DNA of 64,000 nt from a virus (IMGVR_UViG_2934748790_000001:44058-108057), one strand, 5' to 3'. Shown: positions 1-9,852, counted from the stretch's first letter. Notes: a model not told the origin generated them from the letters alone. Numbers and translations are program-made.

Positions 1-1309
1 GCAGTCCGGAAAATCCGAGACCGTCGCCGACACTGTGGCCGGCGCGGCAATCATGCTCCCCCGGCTCGCCAAGGTGTTTCCCACACTTCTGGGGAAGTTC
101 AAAGAGGGTCTGTGGGTCGGTGTTTTCGCCCCGACCGACGAGATGTCCGAGACTCTCTTTTCCCGCATCGTTGGCCGGCTCACATCCGAGCGCGCCCAGG
201 ACATCATGGCGGACCCGGAGATCGACGAGAAGTTGGTGGCCCGGGGAAAGGTTCTCCACCTCAAGCGCTGCGGGAGCCTCATTCGAAAGCAGACGGCACA
301 TCCGAAGGCCATGATCGAGGGGCAGACCTACCACCTGGTCGTGATCGACGAGGCGCAGGCTGCCGACGACAAGGTACTCAACAAGAGCATCACGCCGATG
401 CTGGCTTCCACCGCTGGGACGATCTGTCTGACAGGCACCCCCACGTACACGAAGTCGGGTTTCTACGAACAGATACAGAAGAATAAGAGAGAATCCACTC
501 GCAAGGGCAGAAAGAGCAACCACTTCCAGGTCGACTGGAAGGAAGTCTCCAAAAGTGTTCCGCGCTACAAGAAGTTCGTGCAGAGCGAGATGGACCGCCT
601 CGGCGAGGACAGCGACGAATTCAAACTGTCTTACCGGCTGATTTGGCTGCTCGACAAGGGCATGCTCTGCACCTCCGACCGTTTCGATTCGCTCGGCGAC
701 GTCTCCATGCGTGCAGTGCAGGAGTGGCACCGCTCCCCCGTGATCGTCGGAATCGACCCCGCCCGGAAAACGGACTCCACGATCGTCACTGTCTGCTGGG
801 TGAACTGGGATTACCCCGACGAGTACGGAAACTACGAGCACCGCGTGCTCAACTGGTTGGATCTCCAGGGCCTGGACTGGGAGACGCAGTATTACCGCAT
901 CGTCGAATTCCTCTCCCATTACAACGTTTTCGCTATCGGCATCGACGCCGGCGGCCTCGGCGACGTGGTGGCCAGCAGGCTGCGAGTGCTCATGCCCTAC
1001 TCCCAGATGATCGACCTGAAAAGCGACCGCACGAATCAGACCAAGCGTTGGGCCCACATGATGGACCTCATGTCCAAGGGCCTCGTGATCTGGCCGGCGC
1101 ACGCCAAGACGCGGTCCACAAAGACCTGGCGGAGATTCAGGCAGCAGATGGAAGACGCTGAGCTGACCTACCAGGGCCCCCACATCATCGTCGCGGCGCC
1201 CGAGGTGGATGCCGCGCACGACGACTACGTGGACTCCCTGGCCAACGCCCTCTTTCTCACCGCAGAAATGAGCATGCCCGAGGTCGAGATGCAGAATGCA
1301 CCCTGGTAG
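1..1309 (+). CDS. Terminase large subunit (5'-truncated by window edge)
   Basis: Frame is open from base 2 and reads QSGKSET (Walker A); also VVIDEAQ (Walker B), TGTP coupling motif, nuclease motifs VGIDPA and HDDYVDS. Confidence 0.93.
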   Translation, partial: QSGKSETVADTVAGAAIMLPRLAKVFPTLLGKFKEGLWVGVFAPTDEMSETLFSRIVGRLTSERAQDIMADPEIDEKLVARGKVLHLKRCGSLIRKQTAHPKAMIEGQTYHLVVIDEAQAADDKVLNKSITPMLASTAGTICLTGTPTYTKSGFYEQIQKNKRESTRKGRKSNHFQVDWKEVSKSVPRYKKFVQSEMDRLGEDSDEFKLSYRLIWLLDKGMLCTSDRFDSLGDVSMRAVQEWHRSPVIVGIDPARKTDSTIVTVCWVNWDYPDEYGNYEHRVLNWLDLQGLDWETQYYRIVEFLSHYNVFAIGIDAGGLGDVVASRLRVLMPYSQMIDLKSDRTNQTKRWAHMMDLMSKGLVIWPAHAKTRSTKTWRRFRQQMEDAELTYQGPHIIVAAPEVDAAHDDYVDSLANALFLTAEMSMPEVEMQNAPW

Positions 1310-1378
1310 CCATTACCGGTAGCAAAAAGCCCCGACCTAGCGTCCTGGTGAGACGTCTCAAAAAATGGGAGGCACACC

Positions 1379-1774
1379 ATGGCGCAGAGCCCCCTCGCCC
1401 CTGACCCGAATTTCCACGAGTCCGCTGACCGCCACTACGAGCGGAAGACCGCCAGCAACCCTGCTCGGCGCGGCCCCCTGCGTTTCCAGGAAGGCATCGC
1501 CTCCGACAGTGACGTGCCCGCCGAGTTCAGCGAGGGCGTCATGCAGGGCTACCGCACGCCGCCTGGCCGCTCGAACCACAACGTCAACGTGTTCACGAAG
1601 TCCGCCGAGGAAACCACGCGGGAGCGGGCGCACGTGGGGAGCGCAAGCTGGCCGGAGGCCCCCACCTTCATCTCGGCCATGGCCGAGGGGGCGAGCGAGC
1701 GTGAGCTGAGCTACTCCAGCGTCGACCGGGGCGAGCGCCCCCACATCCGCCGGAACTACGCCCGGGTGGACTGA
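1379..1774 (+). CDS. Hypothetical phage protein
   Basis: GGAGG RBS, GC3-rich codons, lies between terminase and portal. Confidence 0.75.
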   Translation: MAQSPLAPDPNFHESADRHYERKTASNPARRGPLRFQEGIASDSDVPAEFSEGVMQGYRTPPGRSNHNVNVFTKSAEETTRERAHVGSASWPEAPTFISAMAEGASERELSYSSVDRGERPHIRRNYARVD

Positions 1775-1775
1775 C

Positions 1776-2486
1776 GTGACCCAGCCCGGACAGTCGACCC
1801 CGTGGGCGAAGTTCCCCATCCCCTCGTCAGGGAAGGTGCCGGACGTCCCGGTCGACCTGGCGGCGGTCGTCGACCCGATCGACACGCTCCTCAAGAACGT
1901 GATCGGCGGGGCGACGGCCCCTACGGGCCCGCTCAGTCCCACCATCACCGAGGCGTCCGCCAGTATCGGGTCTCTCAATGCCACTCAGAGCAGCCAGCAG
2001 ACGGACATCGCCCAGATCAAGGACCAGATCGCCAGGCTTTCGGCGGTGCCGTGGGCGTCGGCGACAGCTCGCACCACGACGCTGAGTATCACCGGCACCA
2101 CCCGTACGCCCACCCAGGTCCACTCGATGACCATTCCGTCCGCCCCGCAGCGGCGCCTGCTCATGGTGCACACGACGATGAGTGTGGGGTGGACGGATAA
2201 CGCCACCACCACTCAGGCGCGAGCCCGTCTCCAGCTCCGGGCGGACGGCTCGGCCACCTACGTCGACCGCAACATCAGCATCACCAGCGGGGTGGACCAG
2301 ACGGCGACCTTGAGCTTCGTCGAGACCGTCGAAGCGGGAAAGAGCCCCTCGGTGCGCCTGACCTTGGAGGTCTATGGCCAGTCCGCCTCTTCGTCTCGCA
2401 TCCTCGCGACGCAGCCGCCGGACCCTCGCATCTATGCCGTTGCGCTCCCCTGGAGTGGCCTGACCGTGCCGTACCTGCCCGTGTAG
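1776..2486 (+). CDS. Hypothetical protein, possibly a virion fibre (short coiled coil plus beta-rich C-terminus)
   Basis: 236-aa ORF abutting the previous gene. Confidence 0.65.
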   Translation: MTQPGQSTPWAKFPIPSSGKVPDVPVDLAAVVDPIDTLLKNVIGGATAPTGPLSPTITEASASIGSLNATQSSQQTDIAQIKDQIARLSAVPWASATARTTTLSITGTTRTPTQVHSMTIPSAPQRRLLMVHTTMSVGWTDNATTTQARARLQLRADGSATYVDRNISITSGVDQTATLSFVETVEAGKSPSVRLTLEVYGQSASSSRILATQPPDPRIYAVALPWSGLTVPYLPV

Positions 2487-2567
2487 CGGCGGAGCTTACG
2501 TCAAGTACAGACCAGCATTCGTTTCATATTCATCATCGCTGGCGGAGTTGAAAGGAGGTGATGTCCT

Positions 2568-4281
2568 ATGTCCGTTGCTTTTGTCTCACCGTCCATGCGC
2601 GCAGCCGCCAGCGACCTGACCATCTCTGTCAGTCCGCTCGGATTGGTCGAGTTGGCGGACGAGTTAAGAGGAATTTGAGGTACATGGCCCGCGTCTTACC
2701 CGGTACGCGAATCACTGGGCCTGGTATCTGGGGCATCACTGGGGGTACAAACGGGAGGCCGGCGAACCGAGCCTCACCATCAATTACGTCGGCGCCTTGA
2801 GCCGGTACATCACGAATTTCACATTCGGTCGTGGCGTGCACTTCCAGTCTGACAAGAAGTACGAGCACGTGGTGCCCGCGCTGCTGGAACGCGCCTGGGC
2901 GATCGACAACGACCGGAAGACCGTCCTGTGGCAGATGGGCGAAAACGGTTCAGTCAGTGGCGACTGTTTCGTGAAGGTCGCGTATGAACCGGCGTGGGCC
3001 GATGCTGCGGGAAACGCACACCCCGGTCGTGTTCGCATTCTTCCGCTCAACGGGGCGCAGTGCTTCCCCGAGTATCACCCCCACGATCGTGACCGCCTTC
3101 TCAGAATGAAGATCAAATACAAGTTCTGGGGCACTTCTCTCGAAGGCACTCGCGCGGTGTACACGTACACCGAGATCATCACGGACCACACCATCGAGGA
3201 GTACGTCAACGACGAGCTGCTCGACGCCCGGGAGAACCCACTCGGCACGATCCCCATCGTCCACATCCGGAACATCGCCGTATCCGGCTCCCCCTGGGGC
3301 CTCGCCGACATCGTTGACGTCATCCCCCTCAACCGGGAGTACAACGAAAAGGCGACAGAAGTCTCGGACATCATCAACTACCACTCGGCCCCGGTCACCA
3401 TCATCACCGGCGCCAAGGCCAGCAACCTGGAAAAGGGGCCGCGAAAAATCTGGGGCGGCCTTCCGAAGGACGCGCAGGTTTTCAACCTGGAGAACGGCGT
3501 CGACCTGAGCGGGCCGCTGGCCTACATGGACCTGATCAAGCGGTCCATGCACGAACTGACCGGCGTACCGGAGACAGCCCTCGGGCAAGCCCAGGCGATC
3601 TCCAACACCAGCGGGGTCGCGCTCAGCATTCAGTTCCTCCCCCTTATGCAGCGGTACGCGCTCAAGCAGACGAACTACACCCTCGGCCTCAAGCAGATCA
3701 ACGAACTGGTCCTCCGGACCCTGTTCTTGTACGAGCCCGACACCCTCGTCTACAACCCCGACACTCAGGGAATCCGCACTGCGGACGCCCAGCCCTTGAT
3801 CATCGACCCCCGTGACCCCCAGGTCTACGACACGAAATGCGAGTGGCCGCCCCCCCTTCCGGTCGACGTTCTGGTGAAACTCAACGAGGTGCAGGCGAAG
3901 CTGGCTCTCGGGTTGGAGTCCAAGCGGGGAGCCCTGCGCGACCTCGGCGAGACCTTCGTCGACGAGAAGATGCAGGAAATCTTCGACGAGCAGCTCCGGG
4001 AATCCCGTGAGGAAGGTGCGCTCGAACTTATTAAGGCTCAAATAGCTAGCGCTATCTTGCGTTCAACGGGATTGCCGCCCACGGGCGTGGAAAGCCCGCC
4101 CCCTGCTCCGGCAAGCGGCTCCTCTACCTCGGCAGCCAAATCCGGGGCGACAAGTGCCGGCCCCTTGCCGGGACTCCCCGGAACGGGCAGTGGCAAGGAC
4201 ATCGAATCGGTTCTCAGTGAACTCGTGACGCTCTCCAAGGGCACAAAGCTCGCCCAGCGGAGAAACCCGGAAAACGACTAG
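2568..4281 (+). CDS. Portal protein, interrupted by a 7-nt insert; predicted join 2568..2663 + 2671..4281 (568 aa)
   Basis: Strong RBS AAAGGAGG (2551-2558) before ATG 2568. MSVAFVSPSMRAAASDLTISVSPLGLVELADE continues as EFEVHGPRLTRYANHWAWYLGHHWG in another frame, which runs into the SPP1-gp6-like portal body (NPLGTIPIVHIRN, SNTSGVAL). Confidence 0.88.
2661..2670 (+). other. Candidate translational bypass (ribosomal hop) site GAG-TTAA-GAG
   Basis: Matched GAG codons 7 nt apart; in-frame TTA at 2664-2666; unshifted frame stops at TGA 2676-2678; downstream frame is closed by TAA 2665-2667. Confidence 0.75.
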
Positions 4282-4286
4282 ACCGC

Positions 4287-4316
4287 CCGCCTTTCATTCC
4301 TACTCATTCCGGCGGC
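4287..4316 (+). promoter_or_regulatory. Repeated upstream motif, copy before scaffold gene (CCGCCTTTCATTCCTACTCATTCCGGCGGC)
   Basis: 29/30 identical to 5176-5205; intergenic. Confidence 0.7.
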
Positions 4317-4337
4317 TACCCAGCCTGGAGTGTAGAA

Positions 4338-5159
4338 GTGCCCGAAAACCCGAACCCCGCTGATTCCCCGGCCCCGCCGGCATCCCACCCTGGCAGCGGC
4401 GCCCCCACGAATCCGGACGGCACCATCACCGTCCGCCCCGCCGCTCAGCCGGCAGCACCCGCCGCCGAAGGTCGCAGCTTCACGCAGGCCGATGTGGAGC
4501 GTGCGCGCCAGGAGGAGAAGGACAAGCTGTACAGCCGTCTCCAGAAGGGCGACGAGAGGCTCCAGGGCCTCGAAGCCGAACTCGCCCGACTCCGTGAGGA
4601 GCGGGAGGCTCGCGAGAAGGCCGAGGCGGAGCGCCAGGCCGCCGAGGAGAAGGCCGCCAAGGAACAGGCGGAGGCGGACATGTCCGCCCGGAAGTTGGTC
4701 GACGAGCGCTCCACCGAGTGGGAGCGGCGGTTCGAGGAGCTACAGCAGGAGCGGGAGCAGGAGCGGGCGACTCTCGCGAAGGAAGCTGAATTCAATCGGC
4801 TGCGTGCGTACATTCAGGAGCGAATCAATGCAGAGAGCAGCAGCATTGCTCCCGAGCTGCGTGACCTCGTGGCGGGTAACACCCCGGAAGAGGTGGACCA
4901 GTCCATCGAGATGCTGAAGGCCAAGACGGACGCCATTTTCACCTCGTTGCAGTCCGCACAGCAGGCAGCGCGGTCGCAGATGCGTGGAGTGGCGTCGACC
5001 GGTTACACCGGAAACGGCCCCACGGACGGTGACGCGGGCAACCGCCAGCTTTCCGTCGAAGACATCAAGAACATGCCGATGAGCGAGTTCGCGAAGTACC
5101 GCAACCAGCTCCTCGGGGCGGCAGCCAACAACACCAGCCAGCGCGGACTCTTCGACTAG
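4338..5159 (+). CDS. Capsid scaffolding protein
   Basis: Coiled-coil, E/R/A-rich ORF between portal and major capsid. Confidence 0.8.
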   Translation: MPENPNPADSPAPPASHPGSGAPTNPDGTITVRPAAQPAAPAAEGRSFTQADVERARQEEKDKLYSRLQKGDERLQGLEAELARLREEREAREKAEAERQAAEEKAAKEQAEADMSARKLVDERSTEWERRFEELQQEREQERATLAKEAEFNRLRAYIQERINAESSSIAPELRDLVAGNTPEEVDQSIEMLKAKTDAIFTSLQSAQQAARSQMRGVASTGYTGNGPTDGDAGNRQLSVEDIKNMPMSEFAKYRNQLLGAAANNTSQRGLFD

Positions 5160-5175
5160 TCCGGCGCCTGCCCAT

Positions 5176-5205
5176 CCGCCTCTCATTCCTACTCATTCCG
5201 GCGGC
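5176..5205 (+). promoter_or_regulatory. Repeated upstream motif, copy before major capsid gene
   Basis: Near-perfect repeat of 4287-4316. Confidence 0.7.
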
Positions 5206-5229
5206 CCCTTCACGGAATGAGAGGTTCCC

Positions 5230-6372
5230 GTGGCAAGCGGAATCACCGGGACTCCGGTCCTGTCCCCCACACCGACCGCCTATACGGCGGCCAACTCCAC
5301 GATGCTCACCCCGGCCATCCAGACCATCTGGTCGAAGGAAATTCTTTTCCAGGCGATGCCCGTGCTCAGGTTCGAGCAATTCATGGTCAAGAAGACCGAG
5401 CTGGGTACCGCTCCCGGTCTGACTGTGAATTTCATGCGGTACCGGAGTCTCGACGGAGCCCAGCAGCTCGTCGAGGGCGTCCGCATGGAGACCCACGCAC
5501 TCTCGGCCGAGCAGATCACCATCACTGTGGCGGAGCACGGTTTCGCCATCGCCGTCACGGAACTCCTGCTCAACGCGTCTTTCGATGACGTTATGGCAAG
5601 CGGTGCCCGGCTTCTCGGCCGAAACATGGCGACCTATCTGGACGCGCTCTGCCGGGACACCCTCCTTGGCGCTCCGTCGGTCCTTTACGGATACGACAAG
5701 CTGGCCTCCTGGTCGGCGGGTGCCGCGCGTACTCCGCTTTCGCCGTACGACCGGGGCATGTTCGCCGACTCCGAGGCGACCATGGCCGCGAACGGGGGCT
5801 TCTACTTCACGTCTGCCCTGGTGAAGGACGCGGTCGAGACCCTCGCGACGAAGAACGTGCCTCGCCTCGGCGAGACGTATGTCGCTTTTGTCCACCCGCA
5901 TCAGAGCCGTCGGCTTCGCGACGATCCGGAATTCATCGAGGTGACGAAGTATGCCGCCCCGGGGAACTTCATGCTCGGGGAAATCGGCAGGCTGAATGAC
6001 GTGGTATTCATCGAGACCACGCAGGTCTTCCAGGGCAACACGACTCAGCCGCCCACCCGGCAGATCGGGACCAACATTCCCACCAACACTGCCCAGAAGT
6101 GGGGCGGCCAGCCCTCCCGCAGCGCCTCGGGAGCAACGCCGGCGATCCCGGCCGTCACGTCGACTCCGTCCAACCCGAATGCGCCGACGAACCCGATCTA
6201 CCGCGCGCTGGTAATCGGTGACAATGCCGCCGGTCACGCCATCTCCCTGCCCGTCGAACTGAGGGACGGGGGCGTGCTCGACTTCGGAAGGGAGCACGCC
6301 TTGGCCTGGTATTCGGTGTTCGGTCTCGGGCTCATCACGGATTATGCCGTGGTGCAGTGCGCAACGAACTGA
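5230..6372 (+). CDS. Major capsid protein (N4-gp56-like)
   Basis: LVEGVRM, YVAFVHPHQSRRLRDD, GEIGRLNDVVFIET and DFGRE motifs; follows scaffold. Confidence 0.9.
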   Translation: MASGITGTPVLSPTPTAYTAANSTMLTPAIQTIWSKEILFQAMPVLRFEQFMVKKTELGTAPGLTVNFMRYRSLDGAQQLVEGVRMETHALSAEQITITVAEHGFAIAVTELLLNASFDDVMASGARLLGRNMATYLDALCRDTLLGAPSVLYGYDKLASWSAGAARTPLSPYDRGMFADSEATMAANGGFYFTSALVKDAVETLATKNVPRLGETYVAFVHPHQSRRLRDDPEFIEVTKYAAPGNFMLGEIGRLNDVVFIETTQVFQGNTTQPPTRQIGTNIPTNTAQKWGGQPSRSASGATPAIPAVTSTPSNPNAPTNPIYRALVIGDNAAGHAISLPVELRDGGVLDFGREHALAWYSVFGLGLITDYAVVQCATN

Positions 6373-6472
6373 CCGGCTCACCCAGCGGGGCCTAGGGCCC
6401 CTTATTCCGGGGCGGTGGTAACCGACTCTCGCCGCCCCGGAACTCCTCACCCGATTCGATAGGAGACCACCC

Positions 6473-6859
6473 GTGCCTGCGAACCCGCGCACCAAGCCGA
6501 ACCCCAAGGATTTCACCGGTAACAAGAAGCGTCAGCTCGCCGAGGAGCACGCCGAGGAACTCACTCGACGCAAGGGCGAGCTGGCTATGCACCACGCCGA
6601 GCAGGCTGCGAATCTCGACAAGCCCATCGAGCTTGACGAGAAGGGCCGCACGCTCGAATCCGTGGGCGAGGAAGCCACGCCGGACGGGCCGGTCGAGCTT
6701 CCCCCCGAGACGGTGGATATCCGCATTGCGTGCGACCTGGAGAAGGTGACGATCGGCCAGGGTACGGAATTCGATTTCAAGGAGGGACAGGTCTACACCG
6801 TCCCCCTCAACGTCGCTCTGCACCTGGACCGGCTCGGATACGTCTGGCAGTGGCTCTGA
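6473..6859 (+). CDS. Hypothetical head-associated protein
   Basis: AGGAG RBS, coding bias. Confidence 0.7.
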   Translation: MPANPRTKPNPKDFTGNKKRQLAEEHAEELTRRKGELAMHHAEQAANLDKPIELDEKGRTLESVGEEATPDGPVELPPETVDIRIACDLEKVTIGQGTEFDFKEGQVYTVPLNVALHLDRLGYVWQWL

Positions 6860-6878
6860 CCGGAGGGAACGGCGCGTA

Positions 6879-7259
6879 ATGGCTGCGATCAAGCCTCTCA
6901 AGTCGACCGGAGCAACACCCTCGAAGGGGAAGTGGTACACGCTGCTCACCGATTTCGGTGAGGGCGTCGGCATGCTCGCCCGGAAGCGCCGCTACCGGGC
7001 CGGCGATCAGCAGACGGCCGAAGAAGAGGACCGACAGCTCCTGGTGCTGGACATCCTGGAGCCGGCCACGTACGGCGTCGGCTACAGCTCGGAGAAGACC
7101 GTGCTGTGCATGTGGCTCGAAGCGAGCGCGCCGGGCCGCCTCTCCCAGCACCACATCAGCTTCCCCCTCACTCAGTTCATCGAGCTGGTCGGCCAGGGCA
7201 AGGAGCCGCCCGAGTGGGCGGACTGGCAGGCACAGCAGAGTCCCGTCGGTGATGCCTGA
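6879..7259 (+). CDS. Hypothetical protein
   Basis: GGAGG RBS; TGATG overlap with next gene. Confidence 0.65.
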   Translation: MAAIKPLKSTGATPSKGKWYTLLTDFGEGVGMLARKRRYRAGDQQTAEEEDRQLLVLDILEPATYGVGYSSEKTVLCMWLEASAPGRLSQHHISFPLTQFIELVGQGKEPPEWADWQAQQSPVGDA

Positions 7260-7744
7260 TGCCCGGGTTCATCGCGGTACAGGGGGCCGTGTCGGCGCTG
7301 GACTACCTCACCGGCCGCTCCACGGGACTGGAGGCCGAATGGCAGGCCAAGATCGCCGGGGGGAATCCGCAGCCGAAGACGACGTACCTGATGCTGCTGA
7401 CCCAGACCGTCACCGACGCCCAGACCGACATGGCGACGCTGCTGGGCATCGAGGCCGCCGGGACCGGCTACGCCCGCCAGCCGGTCCCATGGGGCGCGGC
7501 CTCCACGGACACCCGGCGGTCCGCCAACGTCGACCTCGTCCAGTTCGGGCCCTTCAGCGACCCCACCGGTCTCGCGGCGCCCGTGGCCGGCGCGGCGCTG
7601 GTGACGCGCATGACGTCCTCGGCCGGCCAGCCCACCGGCCTGTGCCTGATGGCCTGGAACTTGGACTCGGCCATCACGACCCAGCAGAACCAGGCGCTCC
7701 AGCTCGCGGTCGGCGCGCTGTCGATGACGCTGGCGGTGACCTGA
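7259..7744 (+). CDS. Virion structural protein
   Basis: GTGYARQPVPW motif common in small actinophage virion proteins. Confidence 0.65.
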   Translation: MPGFIAVQGAVSALDYLTGRSTGLEAEWQAKIAGGNPQPKTTYLMLLTQTVTDAQTDMATLLGIEAAGTGYARQPVPWGAASTDTRRSANVDLVQFGPFSDPTGLAAPVAGAALVTRMTSSAGQPTGLCLMAWNLDSAITTQQNQALQLAVGALSMTLAVT

Positions 7745-7745
7745 G

Positions 7746-8576
7746 ATGGCGACGCTCGCGGGCGTTCTCCGGCGCGTGCGTTCGGAGATCGGTGACCTTC
7801 CGGCCCCCTTCGTCGACACCTTCATCGGTGGCGATGAGCTTTCGAGCTACGACCTGTCCGAGGTCAACGTCACCAGCGTGGTGGCAAAGGTGGTCACTAC
7901 CGAACCCGCGAGCTCCATCGAGCTGGAGCCCGACGCCGACTACGTCCTCAATCCGGCCGAGGGCTCGATTCTGCTGATCAACACGGACTACTCGCCCCTG
8001 CGGCATGGCCAGACGCTGATCGTGCGGGGCAGGTCGGAGGGCATGTTCGCCGACGCGGAGCTGGAGACTTACGTCAGCGACGCGATGACCCAGCAGACGT
8101 ACGGCCGCACGATCAAGACCCGATACCGCGACGGCCACGGCCATATCCGGTACGACCTGGAACCCATCGGCCTGGAGAACCTGCCGGCGGTGGAGGAACC
8201 CCTGGTCGCCTACCTGGCCACGATCAACGCGCTGTGGACGCTCGCGACGGACGCAGCCACGGACATCGACGTGAATACAGCGGAGGGGACCTTCGTTCCG
8301 CGCAGCCAGCGCTACCGGCAGCTCATGGAACACCTCGCCGAACTTCAAGCCAGGTACAACGCGCTGGCGCAGCAGCTCAACGTCGGCCTCGCGCGTATCG
8401 AGCAGTTCCAACTCCGTCGGGTCTCGCGGTCCACCAACCGCCTCGTCCCGATTTTCCAGCCGCGTGAGTACGACGACACCGGGAAGCCCGAGCGGCTGCT
8501 GCCTCCGATCGATGGCGATGCCTATGACGACGAGTCGGGCGTGACCTCGCCGCTCTACCCGGGCACGTGGGGGTGA
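7746..8576 (+). CDS. Head-to-tail adaptor-like protein
   Basis: VRSEIGD and FADAELE..V motifs; position after capsid genes. Confidence 0.6.
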   Translation: MATLAGVLRRVRSEIGDLPAPFVDTFIGGDELSSYDLSEVNVTSVVAKVVTTEPASSIELEPDADYVLNPAEGSILLINTDYSPLRHGQTLIVRGRSEGMFADAELETYVSDAMTQQTYGRTIKTRYRDGHGHIRYDLEPIGLENLPAVEEPLVAYLATINALWTLATDAATDIDVNTAEGTFVPRSQRYRQLMEHLAELQARYNALAQQLNVGLARIEQFQLRRVSRSTNRLVPIFQPREYDDTGKPERLLPPIDGDAYDDESGVTSPLYPGTWG

Positions 8577-8582
8577 TTCACG

Positions 8583-9188
8583 GTGTGGTCGCGGCTGGAC
8601 TGGAAGCGGGGTCGTTTTGGTGTGAATACCGAGACGACTCTGATTCACCGTGCTTTGCGCGGCTGGCAGAACCGGACCGGTGACAGTGTCACCTACTGGC
8701 GCTTCCGGCGCGATGAGTCGGACATGCACGACGTCTACGACGAAGCCACAGGCGTCGGCCGGGTGTTCTACGGGAAGTGGCAGATCCCCGCGCTGCACGT
8801 CACTCACGTGGAGTCCGCGAACGAAATCCCCGGTGACGCGGGTCTGTACATCACCGACACTCTGCGGGTCGTCCTCGAATTCGATCAGCTCACGAAATTC
8901 GGCCTCACCGAGATGGACGTCAAGCACGGCTCGTTCCAGCGCGACCGGATCGCCTACGACAACGCCCTCTACGCGGTGCAACGCGTGATCGTCCTCGGCC
9001 AGATCCGCCGACGGGACGTGGTCGTCGTGATCGAGGCGCAGCAGATCAAATCCGACGAGCTGGTCAACGACCCGGTATTCGCGGATTACCTCGTCGACCC
9101 CTCGCAGCACCCCGTACCTGCCGAGCTGATGGCCCGGACGGTGATCCACCCCCCGGAGGAAGGCGCAGGCGATGACCCTGACTTCTGA
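8583..9188 (+). CDS. Head-closure/stopper-like protein
   Basis: Synteny; DRIAYDNALY motif. Confidence 0.55.
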   Translation: MWSRLDWKRGRFGVNTETTLIHRALRGWQNRTGDSVTYWRFRRDESDMHDVYDEATGVGRVFYGKWQIPALHVTHVESANEIPGDAGLYITDTLRVVLEFDQLTKFGLTEMDVKHGSFQRDRIAYDNALYAVQRVIVLGQIRRRDVVVVIEAQQIKSDELVNDPVFADYLVDPSQHPVPAELMARTVIHPPEEGAGDDPDF

Positions 9189-9843
9189 CCTGTCCGCTTC
9201 CGAGATGCCCGCCGGGATTCCTTCGACCAGGCTGACCGGCCGCTACATAGCCCCCAACGGCACCCCGTTGGTCGGGAGCGTGTCCTTTGCCCCGCCGTCG
9301 GTTCTGACGCTGCCGGGGTCAGACGTCATCGCTGCCACGCCCGCGCAGGTGACCCTCGACGCGCAGGGCTCATTCGAGGTGACGCTGATCGCCACGGACG
9401 CGCCGGGCATGTCCCCCTCCCACTGGGCCTATCAGGTCACGGAGAAGCTCAAGGGGTTGCCCCGGCGCGTCTTCCACATCGCGCTGCCGGCGTCGGCGAC
9501 GACGGTCGACCTGGCGGACATCGCACCCATCAACCCGTACACAGGCAACTACCTGCCCGTCACCGGCCCGCGTGGCGCCAAAGGCGAGAAGGGCGAGCCC
9601 GGTGACGTCAGCCTCGCGCAGCTCCATGCGCTGGAGGCCCGGACCGCCCCCCGTCCCCAGGAGTGGACCCAGTCGGCCGGCAGCAACGAGTGGACCATCA
9701 CCCACTCGCTGCCATACCGGCCCCTGGTGACGGTCTACGACACCTCCGGCCGTGAGATCGGCGGCTCGGTCGACTACCCAAACCCCACCACCGTCCGGGT
9801 GCGCTTCGCCGTGGCGGAGACCGGCTCGGCCGTACTTCACTAG
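9172..9843 (+). CDS. Virion protein with short collagen-like stretch
   Basis: GPRGAKGEKGEPGD; C-terminal WTITHSL..RP.VTVYD motif. Confidence 0.7.
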   Translation: MTLTSDLSASEMPAGIPSTRLTGRYIAPNGTPLVGSVSFAPPSVLTLPGSDVIAATPAQVTLDAQGSFEVTLIATDAPGMSPSHWAYQVTEKLKGLPRRVFHIALPASATTVDLADIAPINPYTGNYLPVTGPRGAKGEKGEPGDVSLAQLHALEARTAPRPQEWTQSAGSNEWTITHSLPYRPLVTVYDTSGREIGGSVDYPNPTTVRVRFAVAETGSAVLH

Positions 9844-9852
9844 GAGCGCCCG

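Noticed and set aside
2664-2667. TTAA as a transposon footprint
   Set aside because: No transposase or inverted repeats in the window; the in-frame TTA between matched codons is better explained by recoding, although a sequencing error needs reads to exclude
2558-2800. 80-aa ORF (or its internal ATG 2684) as a real gene coupled to TTG 2797
   Set aside because: Poor codon bias, and it overlaps both portal segments out of frame; it cannot be fully excluded as a minor product
2797-4281. Portal starting at TTG 2797 as in the ORF track
   Set aside because: There is no RBS, the frame is open with portal-like sequence back to 2668, and the strong RBS and matching N-terminus lie at 2551-2663
4287-5205. 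30-nt repeats as CRISPR repeats or att sites
   Set aside because: Only two close copies, flanking an essential scaffold gene, each just upstream of an RBS; no integrase seen
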